From NCBI GenBank assembly GCA_973895155.1, contig OZ316898.1, positions 10,747,755 through 10,811,754 on the forward strand: a stretch of 64,000 nt of DNA, written 5' to 3'. Origin of the DNA: Marsupella aquatica. Lineage: Eukaryota > Plantae > Marchantiophyta. Below are positions 1 through 14,262 of this stretch, in pieces. The stretch's first letter is position 1. The number at the start of each line of letters is the position of its first letter. The position numbers and the translations under genes are program-made. The notes beneath the pieces were generated by a model that was given only the letters and a program-made list of their open reading frames with translations, did no database searches and had not been told where the DNA came from.

Positions 1-675
1 GGCGACAGATTTATTTTCTGATTAATTTAATAGGATAATGATCTTGTGATTAAATTGTCTAATGCTGCTTTAATTGTATGAACTCACTTTCAATTCAGTC
101 GGACTTAGTTGGTGCCCCGGTTGGTGCAGGCAATTTGCTTCCCTGAATGGCTTGCCTCAAGCCAAGTCGCAATGTTATGAGTAACTATATATCTTTGTAT
201 AGATGCAGCCAGGGTGACTCCACCAGATAGACCGGTGGTGTATCCGTGAACAATAATCAAATTGTACTGTTTTCCAAATATCAGTTATCAACTAGCTCAA
301 TCCGGGGCTCAACCTTGCAACTCACGGTGATAGATGTTTTCAATGCCATTGACTTGCATACATGTATAATGCTCTCACAACCATGCGAAACCATTTTGAA
401 TCGCACTAGGATATCTGTCACAATGAGCTGGGAGAGAATTATCATCGGTGATATGGTTAGTGAGATTTAGATGCAAAGAGTAGAAATCCTGCATATAAGC
501 ACTAATTATCTTCAGAGCAAATGTGGCTTTTGGATGAACAATACTCATGGTAGGCTAGCTCTTCAATGATAAATGTTCTTGATCAGCATAAAACTAAAGA
601 TACGTGGAATCTCCACAGTCTGTCAGAACTGAGCATGATGACCAGATGCATTGATTGACAGACAAGAAAAGAAGA

Positions 676-700
676 GGGGGGGGGGGGGGGGGGGGGGGGG
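676..700. repeat. poly-G homopolymer (25 G)
   Basis: Uninterrupted G run read directly from the sequence. Confidence 0.9.
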
Positions 701-1086
701 AGGTTTCTGTTATAAATTGATCAACAATTTATCACGTGACTTTATGAAATGCCTTGCTTGTTTAGAATTTTAAGGAAGAATTTTAAGAATTAATACAATG
801 CAAGCAAGCTAGCTAGGGTTACAGAATTTAATAATGCAATGTATTATCATTTAAATGGTTCACCTACATATTTTAAATTTGTAACGGTAACTTTATAGCC
901 AAATTGTTACAGATGATGATCAATAGCCCAGAGATGCCCACAAATAGCTACCCCTCTGAGCAAGAAATTAAAAATCAGATTAGAGAGTGCTAACCACTAA
1001 TAGTTTTCCTGTATCGATGCTTTTATATATTGTTTGCTTTATACAAAATCTTTGAAATATTGCAGAATTTCTTCCAGTTAAACAAA

Positions 1087-1281
1087 ATTCTAAAATGATT
1101 CTCATTTTTCTAACAAGCTTGACATCTGTGTATCTCTCCCTACATCCAAGCATTCTAAAATGATTCTCATTTTTCTAACAAGCCTGGCATCTGTGTATCT
1201 CTCCCTACATCCAAGCATTCTAAAATGATTCTCATTTTTCTAACAAGCCTGGCATCTGTGTATCTCTCCCTACATCCAAGC
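1087..1281. repeat. 65-bp tandem repeat, 3 copies
   Basis: Unit ATTCTAAAATGATTCTCATTTTTCTAACAAGC...CTACATCCAAGC starts at 1087, 1152 and 1217; copies nearly identical. Confidence 0.95.
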
Positions 1282-3007
1282 AGACTTGTTGCTTGCATCA
1301 ACACATGTCCCTCCGTAGCTTGAAGCTAGTGGTCTCTTAGTTCTCTCATATAAAAAAAAAGTATTCTTGAAGAGCCACTTAGCCATTAACAAAGAAGATG
1401 AATGTATCATCACTTTTAGCTAGAGGGCTCATCTCATTCTATCAACTGGATTATGGGCAAACCAGTTACCAGATTGATCAATGCAACTAGCTAGTCCGTA
1501 CGAATAGGGAGGGCAGTGTTGCCAGTTGTCCAGTCCCATTGCCTGACCCTGGCACTGGTGATATAAATATTGGGCATGAAAGGAATCAGATGTCGTCCAG
1601 ATGTCGCGTTGCTGGCAGACCAGCTGATCGAGTGTCCGGGCAGGGCAGGTGTAAGGTTTGAATCCTGCTAGTGACAATTGCCTTTGTTAACTTTCAACAC
1701 ACACCCCAGCCAAAAGTGGGGTTCATTCAGAGCTTTCATTTCACACCAATGAATTAATAAAAAATGGTGATTGTCCACTTCTCACGGGCAGCAGAGAGAG
1801 GGCAGCAGGCAGTGAGTGCATGGGGCTCAATATGAACTTTCAACCTGAGTTCAACTGGGACTCTGAACAGCTCACCTTGCTCCCACTTCTCTGAACAGCT
1901 CACCTTGCTCCCACTTCTCTTCTGAGCACTTGGGATCAAACCCTCTTGCAAAGGTGCTGCAGATCAATAGTGCACTATATGTCTGAATTTTAAAAATTAA
2001 TCCTAGCTAGGGCATGTACATGTACTGCAAGTCCTCCATTATAATCATATGTACTTCAACCACAACTGCCCCCATAAAGGGCTATGGGTAACCGTAGCAC
2101 TCATTGCATGTAAAGAGCACACGTTCAGGAATGGGCTTTGAGCTCCACAAAAGGTGTTGACTGCAAATAGTTTTTTGGCAAGTACTCCACAAAATGTGCT
2201 AGTGTTCCACCTTTTATGGTGAGTAGTGAGACATAGAATGTCTGAGGCTTTTATAGTGGCAGGTGTGGTTTAATTAATAGACTTGGGGTGAATAAATAAA
2301 TAAATATGCAGTCAAATCAAATTGATAATTACATTAAAGCCTGAGAATGATCATGTATTTGATCAAGATAGATTATGCTGGAATGTTGTTTCAAGCCAAA
2401 GAACTAGAAGATACTAGAAGTCAAATTCATTGAATTGGGACGTGTCCAGGTCACTAAAGGGCTGCACTGACTTCTATAGTCAGGTAACTGATTGAAGTGG
2501 AGAAACTATGTGGCTGGTGGAATACCAGTGATTAATCCTTTAATTTGTAACTTAGGGACATTCAAGGAACTAAGTAGAGAGACACATAATTATATGGACC
2601 TACAAAATAACTAAGTAAACAATTTACTTAGTGGATATCACAATAAAATTGTCTATTGTAAGGCAAATGATAACAATGTAAAATAAAATGAATTTGATGT
2701 TGGGAATGATTATTGTACTCACTTGCAATTGCAGTGACTATAGAAGTTGCCAAGAGAGCTAGGTGCCAACCATTTCCTTAAATATGAATGGACTGGCTTC
2801 AGTTGGAATGAGTCACATTGTTGTGGATGACATTTTAGATGATGGCAAAGCAACCATGCTTTGAGTGACAGTCCATGCAAGATTGTTTTTGTCCCAATTC
2901 AAATGCTCAATCCCCTCTTAAGCTCAGTACAGTGGTCACACCATATATAATGGACAAGAGATGAATACATGATCTTGCATTTGAAGTGCTGGCTTCTACA
3001 TTTTGAA

Positions 3008-3697
3008 TCACCAATTGCATGACCGGTTGATCTGGTCCGAATCTTTTCCCAAATACATCCAGAATCCCCGGTGATAGACATATGCACTTCCCTTTACTTC
3101 TACAATGCCCTCACAACCATATGAATCTATTTTGAAGCGCACAAGGATATCCCCATCATGTAGGCGTTGGCAAATAGGATCATAGAACTCCATCACCTTG
3201 CGCCCTGGTTTCTTCTCGTGGTGGATGATCAAATCACCCTTCTTGGGCATGAAACCCACATCAGCTTGCCCTGGCTGTCGGATTCGTGTGCCTGTCTTGC
3301 CATCAGACCTTCGTTCCGGAAGTGAACATGGATCTCTCCTCAGTGCTCGAAGAAGACTCATATCCCATCTTATGCAGTGGCATGTTAATGGATCATCCAC
3401 ATTTGCAGGAATGGAAGAGTTGGCTTGAGGATTCTTGCCAGTTTTGAGCTCACGCTTCAAGCTGTCAATTCGTGAACTCAATTCATCTAACTTGGCCAAC
3501 CTTGCTGGAGGCCGGCTGCTGGTGAGAATTGGGCATGGTGGGCATGGGGGACATGGATGACATGGAGAGGTGCTGCAGCAGGCACTGGCTATTGCTCTAC
3601 ATCTTGTAGGTGACACTGCCCGACTGCAAGTTGGTGAGGTAAACTCATGAAGCAGACATGAATCATCAGAGTGATGATCTTCATCATTGTCATCCAT
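3008..3697 (-). pseudogene. degenerate ORF of unknown family, probably transposon-derived
   Basis: 229-codon ORF in a CpG-poor, AT-rich, repeat-laden region. CPPCPPCP looks like CpG-decayed RPPRPPRP. Its DILVRFKxxSxGCE segment has a diverged second copy at 365-415. No family recognised. Confidence 0.3.
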
Positions 3698-6600
3698 GAA
3701 AATTTATAAGTTAAACAATGGTCCAGGAGACAATGATTAGATTTTTATCCATAGACTGCAATTTTTGTTGTTCCACACTGATGATATGGAACGTCATATG
3801 ATTAGGTAATTAGATTTACTTGTATAGGCAAGAATGGTCATTTGTTGTCAACTGCAAGGTTGAATGAATTCATAACTTCCATCCACAATGTACCAAAATT
3901 ATTGAATGATTGAGATTGAAGATAATATATGTCATGCTGCATGATTAACATATATCAGGGTGCAGTGTCAATTGATCTTTACGGTAAATAATTCAATGAA
4001 GCGATAGACTTGAATCGACACATCTCATGACATCTCAATGTCTGAGAGTTGATCAATAGATTTGATCTTGAATGCCGGGTATGCAACTCCCCTTTGTATT
4101 AGCTAGAAGGAAATTTTAAATAACTAATTATGGCTTTATATATATCCATCTGACAAGGTAAATCACATGCGAGTATACTATTGTACATGTTCTCAATGCA
4201 AGGAATCCAAAAATAAAAACCAAGCTTGCTTTGATGCAGGAAAGCTGTGTCAAGCAGATTCAATGGCTTATTTAATTTTAAATACAGGGGTAGCCAACCT
4301 TTTAGTATTTTCATTCAACTCTTCTCATAAGAATCTATTATTTGTTTTCAATTCTGAGATGGACCCAGGCAGGCAACATGCATCCCAATACATAAAAAAC
4401 TATATGTACATATACTCATGTTTTAAACTTAGGGTCACCCCTGGGGTCACCCTTCAGGCATGCACGCTGGGGGAGGGGAGCGAAGGGGATTGGATGGGGT
4501 GGGAAAGAATGTGGATGTAGAATCTAAGATCGCATCCCGGGGATCTTGCACTGGGTCATGCACAGGTTGGGGAAATAATTTTTAGGCTTGCGAGTTTCAG
4601 TTTCCCAAAAATGACTTATCACGTGTGACAAAGGATAGGGTACTTTTATTAATTCTAAGGGAGTCAATACTTAAGAATTTTCTGGGAAGAACATTAGGGT
4701 CTTATAAATTTTCTGGGAAGAACATTAAGGTTTTTTATTGATTTCAGATTCTTTAAAAAATCCAAAAATATTCCAGTGCGCTTTAGAAGGGGTTAATAAA
4801 TTAACTAAATTTTCTTACATTTTAGAGGTCCCAGGCCTGAAAAAGTAGTGAGGTGATGGGGAGACTTCCATATAGTGGGACCTCCAAGTTGTTGGGAATT
4901 GAAGTTTAAGAGGTGTAGATATGACTGTTTGTAGAATGACATCTTTTATGCAATTCACAACTTCTTAGTTTTTTGCAACAATGTCTTTTACTCAATGTCA
5001 ATGAACCCCCAAGTGTGGCAACCTTCTTTTGCGCAATTTTTAGGCAACAATCTCTTTTATGTGGCAACCCTTTCATGAAATCACATCTTTAACAACATAT
5101 CTATTACACAACATCTTTTTTGTTCAATGATATCTTTTACATAACAATATATGCCATAGGCACAAGTATTGAGCTAGTGTTTCATGTTTTTGAAGCTGTC
5201 AGTATTGTATTAGGGAGAAATAAATAGTTCTAAATTGTTTCGTGTTCTAAATATTTGCTCAATTTTTTATAAGGAGACCTGCCACTCTCCTCATTGGCTG
5301 AACTTTACTTTGTTGGTTGGCCAAGGGCAAAACCCAAGATGGGTTTAGTGTCAAACTCTAGATATTAGTTGTGTGAGTGTATTGTGACCACATAGGTAAT
5401 GCAAGTGGTTAATAGAGCTTCGATTTTCAAATCTCAGACTGAGAATTGATCCCCAGACTGTCAAAATGCTCTCACTGTTCCAAGGAGAGGCAAGGATAGA
5501 CAATCGTAGAACTGAGTAGGCAAGGATAGACAATCATAGAAATCAGTAGCCAAGGATAGATCAACAATCATAGAACTGAGTTCAGTGACTGTAACCCAAT
5601 AACCATGGGTACCTAATTCTTGTACAATAGGCAGGGGTCTACAATTTTTATATGAACTAAAAAGTTGACTATAAGAAAAATTAAAATTTGAACACTTGGG
5701 TTTTTACACTTAATTTTTTTTGAAGTGATATAGAAAGTTTGGTTTTCTTTATTTCCACATAAAATTAAAAAATATTTCTATACATGTTGTAATTTTTATT
5801 TAGAAAATTCTAATTTTTTAATGAAACCCCCCAAAGCTGGCTCTTTGGCTGTAGATCATTGTATTGAAAAAATGTCATATAATTGGTTTTGATTTCCATA
5901 TCAAAAACATGTTCCCTTATAATTTGGTTTGATTTCCATATCAAAACATGTTCAGTTTTTTTACGTTACATTTTGGATTCCTTGAATTGAACAATACAAT
6001 ATTTCTGGATTCATTGAGTATTTTTGGATACCTTGACTTGAGAGGTACATGATTTTAGTAGACTAAACTTCACATGATAAATTGAATATAAAGTAATTAT
6101 AAATTTGCCATATTAAAAGGAGAGGAGAGTTGCTGCCAATAACCAGTGAACATCGTGGTCAGTCTCAAGCTCGAATGATCCAGGAACTGACAGAGCTCTA
6201 CATATGGCACTATGCATATGGCACAGGCAGGCTGTCTAACTCTTCCACATCTAAAAAGTCTGTAACACTCTCAGACCTTCAATAAGTTTTGCTGTCCAAT
6301 TTCAAGTCCCACATGACCTGAAATTGAACCTCACTGTATTTCTGCAAACTGTATGTCTTTGCCTTCATGAAATCACAAACTAATTCCAGACCCTAGTTTC
6401 TTACCTTACCGAGATCAATGGAGGAAGCTTTAATGTATTGACCGAGCATATGAAAGACAGACAGAAGATGGAGCGGATCAGAACTTGCAGATCAAAAGAT
6501 TGCAAAGCATACAGCGATCGATGGCACCTTCCGCGCCACGTACAATCAACAGTTAGAGAATCAAACCTCATGAGCAGCTGCTTCTGATCTCCAATGGGTC

Positions 6601-9600
6601 GAGGGCGAGAGGCAGCAAAATCAAGCAACCTCACTTGCTCATCGAAGCCTTCACTCTAAAAAATTGAACAAAGGATTCAAAATGGAAAAAAAGATAGTGA
6701 AACGTAACAGCTGACGACCCAACAGCAAAGATCCCGACAAAACGACTTCGCCTTGGTATTCGAGGATTGATAGGCCCCCGCAACTGAAAGCAGCTCTGTA
6801 GCTGCCAAATAGACCAGCACATGTGCAACAAATCCGCGTGACTAATTAAGATTCCCATATCCTGATCACGTCAGTCTAATGTCTGTCGGAGACATTCCAC
6901 ATATAAAGACCAAAAACAAAGCAAAAAACCGAAAGAAGAGCGAACTGAAGAAAACCCACCTTACAAACACGAAAGCTGTCACCGTGATATGTAGCATACA
7001 CAAAAGCTGACGCCCTCTCTTCTCTTGACGCCCTATTTACTATCAACCAAAAGAATCAGTGCCCTTTCTTCCTCGGTCAACCACTCTCTAACAACCACGA
7101 CTCTCCCCGAACTCCATTTCTCGTCTCTCCCTCGATCTTGGGTTCAATGTTCATCTTCCACCACCATCGCCACCATGCTTCACCAAGGCACCTCCCTTCC
7201 CCTTTCGCTGAACCAGTTCCTCCAATCCTAATCCAATGACAACTTCCGTCCGATGAGTCAAGACAGGGCAAAATGTCCCAGTGTGACCCCGACAGGCCTT
7301 GCACTTATCTCAGCACTCCTTGCGAGCCCTCGACAAAGTGGTCTCGCGTCATAACCAACATCCGATCCATACTAATTATGGTCCCTGAAAAACAACTTTC
7401 GTTATTTTGGGGCATTGATGAAACAAAAGCCTGTGCAGAAGTCCATGACCATCGAGGAGATTGCAGCTTAGCAACGTCGTCAAAGCTGATTAGCTCGTCC
7501 ACTGCATTTGAGTGAGTCATATCTCGCCACGACGGCGAGTGGAATCTGAACAGCAGATTCTAGAACATTCTAGAAATCGAATTCATCTGCTATTGGAGAC
7601 AGCTACCAATTCAAGCTCAGTGCGCACTGTTAACGACAATTTGAAGTGGGGTAGGAGAAAAGGTAATAGATGAAATAATGGAGAGCGAGTGTGGTTGGGG
7701 TCAGATGGCTGCATGTTACGCTGTGATTGATAGCGCAAAAAAGCGTCGTCTACAATGAGGTTTCTTCCTTTTCTTTCAACAGCATCTCAGGTGTACGTGT
7801 GCATGATGATGATGTTCTTGCGACTGTGATGGATATATAAAATGAATTCGACAATGCCCGGAGTAATGGAGATTCTCAATTTTCGGAGAGCGACTGAAAG
7901 CTTGATTCTTCTAGTTGGATCGAATATGACATTAGTATAAGCCATCGAAAGTACATGTAGTACTGGAGCAAGTCTAAAGAAAGTGACTGACTTTGAAAGC
8001 AAACTACTGTATGATTGACCTTTCAAGAACTTCTAACAGCGGGCAAGTTCCCGAATCCCGTCCGTAAGTCATGGCTAATATCCAAATCTTTCACTCGCTT
8101 GTAGAACGTGGTAAACATTTAGTCTTCTTCGTGTCAATTGAGCTACGTACCAAGGACGTATATTGCTCGACACTAGCTCGAAGGATGCCGAAAAAGTATG
8201 CCCTCGGTTAATTTCGTCTGATTGGTTAAAGCAGAAAAGGACGAGGAAAACCATGAAATTGTGTTGACAGATCCTGAATTTGCTGTCTGTCAACACAATT
8301 TCATGGTCTTCCTCCGCAATTTGCTATCGAAATAGTAAGTAAATTGCCATCCAGATCCTGGAAATTAACAAGGTTGTACGTTGACAGTTGTCACAGATAT
8401 GTGTATACATCATATTAAGCGTAAGAAAACGTAGAAAAAACTAATTGAAAAGTCGTTGCCATTCAACGACTAGTACAGATTCTTTTTCTTGAATTTTTCA
8501 CATTTACATCAGGAGAATCGCTCTCTTCTGGAAATCCTGTTTAATTTCAAATTACCTGAAACGGGTGTTGATAAACTATACAGCAATTGCTTGGATGTTG
8601 CGGGGAAGAGTAATGTCTGCCTGTGAACGTACATGTATCGAGGCACGTACGAAATTGGTTCTCCTTCATATGAAATCCTCGCAAACGTCCATGCATCAGC
8701 ATTAGCTAGACTCTCCCATGCTTAAAGTATAGGATTCTTCTCATTTTCGACGACAGACATGCATGGTTAATATATAATGCGCTCGTTGCAACTGGAACTT
8801 GAGGATACTGTTTCTAGCCTGATCGAGTGAGCAGCCTTTTGCACCAACACCTCCTGTCTGTCTTCTTCACTAACAGGCTTGACAGGAGGCACTCCACGAA
8901 ATTCCAGACTCCCAGTGATGACTAGCACTGAACCAACGCTTACAGGTTTTGTACTTGTCGCTACCTGTTAGCGCGCTCAGCTCAGAGAAAATATATATTG
9001 AAGCCAGTATTTTTCATCAGTATAATTATCTAGCAGTAGACATTGATGGAAAGTCTGAAAATGACCCAAAGAACGACAATCCGTCTGACTTTCAATGTGA
9101 CTTTCAATGAGTCATGCTAGAATGAGAACAAATTAAATGACAAAATCTGAATACAAACACCAGTGCTAAAATCAGGCGACTATGACTAGAAGAAATCATT
9201 CTGCTCAGATGACGAGTACAGTGTTGAATCCCCAGGTTACTACATGATGGTCAATCCGGTCTGTCCGGTTTCCTTGCGAGTTTCCTTGCTCTTGTCTGTG
9301 TTGGGAGCCTGATTATGTAACACTGTTCTGAATTTTGTTGTAATTTGTAATACAATTTGACTCTGAAATTAAAACAAAGAACAGAAAATTTATCAGCACA
9401 ACCTGTAATTACTAACCATGCAATCACTGAAGTATACAAAAACCAAGAGTGATGAAGAATGCAAAGTACCTCTGAGCTAGCTCTTGAATAAGGAGAAAAG
9501 GCTTAGCAATTGATTGGATCAAGACAGAATGAGGCTCTGAGAATAAAACAGGCAACGACACAAAAACCAGCAAAATCCTAAACTTTAACAAACTCCAGTC

Positions 9601-10340
9601 AAATGAGAAGTGCTACAAGAATCCTCTACCTCAAATACTTTAATTTTCCTGTCAACTACTATATATACTTTAATTTTTAGTAAGGGAAAAACAACTAAAA
9701 TCGCCTCTAGCTACTTCGGTCGTATTTTTATTTGATTGGGTTCTGCAAAAGTAGCGCTCAGGACGTACGGGGACCATGTTGTAGATCGATCGTCCTCGGT
9801 TTTGCTGCGAGTGGGCTATCCAATAAGTGGCCCAGATCGAACATGAACAACACAAATCGGAACTTTCCATGATGTTAGATAGGCACTGTAGGAGTGGCCC
9901 TGGAAATTACCGCTGCATAACATGTATGCCTCCTTGACCAAAATTCACGTCACTTCTACACCGTTGGAAAGGTCATTAACGAATTCCAAAGCTGAAGCTG
10001 TACGTGTAAACCTTGAACCATGTATGGAATCCATGAAATAACGTTCAATCAACTGGCCTTGAAAGAAGCCACTGGTTGAGAAAAGTCACGGGCATGCATG
10101 GAAGGGTACATCAAGGCAGTCAAAGTCTGGGATTAAATGGCATTGAGTCCATAAGGAAGCCACAGAGCGTCGAAGATCATGAACTCCCCGCGTGTGCTGA
10201 ACTTACCTGCTGCATGCAACTGAATTACAACCCAGCCAGCTGAATTCCTTCACTGGTTGGGGGATACGACAACCCCCTGCATGCCCCTTGCCCACGGGTA
10301 AGCCCCCTCACCTAATTGCTCCAGTAATGATCAAGGCTTG

Positions 10341-10710
10341 CTTTTTTGCCTTGAAAACCGAAAGCAGGCCCATCTAATAGAGGAACATCCGTCCTACTTT
10401 GGAGCATGCATTTCTATGTCCTACTTTGGAGCATGCATTTCTATGTCCTACTTTGGAGCATGCATTTCTATGTAAGGCAGCCACAAGGGGACAATACCCA
10501 GGGATCCCGACCAGGAGGAAGAGAGGATTAAACCAGAACCCAAAAGTGGGCAACCAGGATGGATTGAGAAGATAATCAATATTCCCACCACTACACCCCA
10601 CCCCCACACACACATACCCTCCACACCCGGTATATGTGAAGGGAGGATTGAACCTGAGACCACTCGGTTCTAGGTTCATCCTCCGGCCAACTGACCAAAG
10701 CCAGTTGATT
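10341..10710 (-). mobile_element. 5'-truncated non-LTR retroelement (LINE/SINE-like 3' end) with 14-bp target-site duplication
   Basis: ATGATCAAGGCTTG flanks the insert at 10327-10340 and 10711-10724. The minus strand ends ...GGTTTTCAAGGCAAAAAAG (short A tail) against the TSD. Confidence 0.65.
10391..10471. repeat. 27-bp tandem repeat, 3 copies (inside the non-LTR insert)
   Basis: GTCCTACTTTGGAGCATGCATTTCTAT x3. Confidence 0.95.
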
Positions 10711-13700
10711 ATGATCAAGGCTTGTTGCCCCCTAGGTTAAGCGTTACCGTACATAAAAGTCTGCACACGTTTCAGTCGTAATTAATTAAAGCTACGTACA
10801 TACTAGATATATGTTTCCCGACTTTCAGGACTGACGCTAGTATGGTTTCTTTGCTTCATTCCAGAGCATCATGCCTGATCTGAGACGACTATTAAGACCA
10901 AGGAACTGGAACAGAGCTGACGTTAGATTCAGGGTAGTATAGGATGGAGGATATCGCTTGTTGTACCGAAGAAGATCCAATTGTTTTGGCAATGGGTTCA
11001 TATTCGCATTTGCTGAGCCAATATTCCCAATGTCCAGGTCTCGAGAGACCTGTGCGTAGTCCTGAGCCTTTTGTTATGCCACTTGGAGATGATCTATAGG
11101 ATCTAATCTTCTGTAGCTGTATCTTGGAGAAATTAAAGATTCAGATCTGAACCCTAAATCTGAAATGCCCGCTGAAGTCCCGGGGAGGAATTCGATTACG
11201 TGGATAAAAAGAGGTGTCAGTTCCTCCTTTCTTAACGTGGGCAGTCACGCTCGGTCGACACCGGCCTAATTACTGAACGAATAGACGAGCAGGCTATATA
11301 GCGAGCAAAAAAATTATACGATGATTGTGCACTACTCACAAACAGTCAAATTATGTACATCTATACTCGATAGGTGGTTACGGTACAGGCAGGCATAGGA
11401 AGGCTGTTTATGGTCCATCATAAACAGCCCGATCCGTTGCAGAGGAATGATTTGCCAGATGGTGTGACTTGGGTTTGATCGAGCTGGACTGATCGAGAGT
11501 GGAGAGAGTGGAGACAAGTCTGACCTTGACTAATTAAGAGAGCTCTACGTACTTACTTAACTTTACGTTAAACTTCCAACCAAAGCTTGGTGGAACGTAG
11601 TGGGGCTTCGCTTCATATATGCTGCTGCCGCTATTCCGTAGTCTCATATATAGACTGCAAGTCCTGAAGCTACATTCGTTTCGCTGGCTAAGTAGCATTA
11701 CCTAACCAGTTATCCTCCGGCATTTGGCATTGAAATTTGTGAAAGGGATTTTCTCCCTTTACTGTTCTTTGTCTCGACGTTCTTTCTGTAGTTTTGTGAA
11801 TTTTCCTGCACCGCTTACTGTCCTTACATGTAAAAGGACGCGGGGTGTTTTGACAGCGGGGACTCAACACGTGTTGTGCTCTGCTCTCCCCGCTCCTGTC
11901 TAGTGGATGCTCGATCCTCATGTTTATCCTGTTAAGAATTCAAACTAGCTTTTCTCCCCGGGCGAGCAATGCTCTTGGTTGAAGTACTTATGTCCGGTTT
12001 GATTCTCGGGGTACTCAGAGTTCAATATTCAATAGAGGATTCGAAGCTTTTTCACTGGAACTCATGGACTCGATGTTTACTATTTTCTGTCTCCAATTCT
12101 CACAGCATTGAGTTCCTCACGTGTATTCTCTTCACGTACTTCCGTGTGCACTTTACCTCGTTTTGATACTCCTGATCATAAAATTTGAAGAGGTCGTCAA
12201 CACTCGGTTGAATCGACCTGTTGATCGATCCAGGAAGGTGTTGTGATCCAAGAATCTTGATCTGTGATAGATTCAACATATATCACTACACTGATTGTAG
12301 ATCGAGTCCAAACAAAATGGCGATCCCGTTTACTGTACATGGTCTACTAAGCTAGCTAGAAGTAGCTTTAAGACTACCTCACGGACCACACTAGGTTTAG
12401 GAGGCTATGTATATATCACAGTAACATAAAGAGGAGTATTGAAGGCTTGCCAACCAAAATAGTGCTATGCATCAATGGTTGATCCTGCCCATCTCAGCTG
12501 CTAACACCAGATCGATTGTAGAAAGCTTTTAATGTCATTTCGATCGAGGGCATTACCTCACGTCACCGCCTATTTAGCAGATTCACATGCTTGGGGGCCA
12601 TCCCTAGCTAGTGGATCGTCCACTAGATTGTACGTAACTAGATTGTAAGAAACATGTACGGGGGCATTTCCTGGAACAATAAATATGTCTTCATGGAAGG
12701 TATTCAGTTACCACATATGATTGCGCTCAATTACTGAAATAGACTGTAGAACATTAATTAATCTGGATTGATCAATAGTAAAACAAACTGAACCGAATTG
12801 TTATGATGAAACAAGTATCGACAGAGAGAGAGACTCGGGCGGATTCCTCATGGAGGAATGACCGGCAACCTGCCAAATTTGTTAGGTGCAACCACGTCGA
12901 CCCTGTTAGTAGGTACGTCACGGCACCATGCGTTCGTTGACACCTGTTTGCGCTTTCAAAGAGGCAAATGCCTCCATGACAAAGGGCTAACTGTAAAGTA
13001 TTCGAGATACTTGGAAGTCCAAGTTCCGCTGCAGGCATGCGAAGCAAACGGGACTGCAAAGGAGCGATGTAGCCTGTTACCGTGTTTTCGATCTTGACCT
13101 GCTATACCATGGGCAACCTCGGACAACGACGAGAGGTTGAGGACCTTGTTGCGATCGACTTTATTTCGCGCGAAAAGATTCTGCACGAGCTAGAGTCCGA
13201 TTTCGCATGAGTCGATCCGTAAACCATCTCACAATCCCAGCAGTGGTTGAATACTCACCGCGTTCCAACTGAGTGGGATGTCCCGCCTGTCTTGCTTCAG
13301 GACGCGACAGCGATGAGAGAGTAATAATTAAGAACCGATCGAAATAAAAGTGACTTCCCAGCCACCCTGCATGGTTCCTGCTGTACGTACAGTAGATCAG
13401 CCGGTTGACAGCAGGAGAGAAAAATCTCGTCCTCTGCCGTAGCTATGTACAGAGTATATGGAGTACATTGCAATTGGGTGAACTTCACAAGCATGCTGTA
13501 CACATAACTGTGTACGCATGCACATCACATTGTGTGGTACTGCCGTCAGATCCGTGACAGCACAACACCGCACCGCTGTGGAAGTTTGGAGAAGGCAGAA
13601 GTTTTGGAGTTCCAGAATTACAAACCTGGCTGTCCTCTAGTAGACTAGCAGTATCAACATCGAATTGAGGTCTAGTACAATGTTAATTAATGCGTGCGTT

Positions 13701-14262
13701 AACTCCGAAACGAACGGGTCTGGAGTCTGGACGTCGTGCAGCTGGACTGAACAGGACTACGGGCTCTATATATCCCTATAGTCTATAGTAACTCAATCCT
13801 AGATTGTTGAGACTGTCCTGCCTCGCGAGCTGTAGCTAGAAGAAGCTGTAGGTAGCTTACAAGACTGCTCATTACTCTTCTAGCTACAGTACATTCAAGA
13901 TTCATCAATCTGTGATCGAGTCAGTGTCAATTTTGTGGTCCAAGCCCCGAGCGCTGCCATAACTCGATCGCTCAGATCAAAAGCGCCAAGTTCCATTCGT
14001 AGACCAAGCACCATTGAAGCAGTACTCTGAACCGCCTACGGCCCCGGACTGTGAGTACTAACGTTCTGTCTGTAGCTTTCAAGTCTAGCCCAGCTTGCTT
14101 GTGGTAGACTAAATTGCAAGTCATCTGAATTGCGACCTTCTTTTTACGAGAGCTTTCGAAAGCAACAAAGGGGCAGTATAGAATTTACGTTGTTCAAAGT
14201 CAGATTGTCTGACCAAAAGCCAAACATTCTCCTCACTATCTGCAGTGGACGTGTCGAAGACC

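Noticed and set aside
1087-1281. Regular repeats as a possible CRISPR-like array (also 10391-10471 and the LTR U3 repeats)
   Set aside because: Head-to-tail tandem units with no unique spacers, no cas genes, eukaryotic context.
11402-11428. Hairpin GGCTGTTTATG...CATAAACAGCC as Helitron end or miRNA
   Set aside because: No CTRR terminus at the expected distance and far too short for a pre-miRNA.
7025-13500. Many 60-115 aa ORFs upstream of CER3
   Set aside because: No recognisable motifs or consistent exon chain; expected by chance in intergenic DNA.
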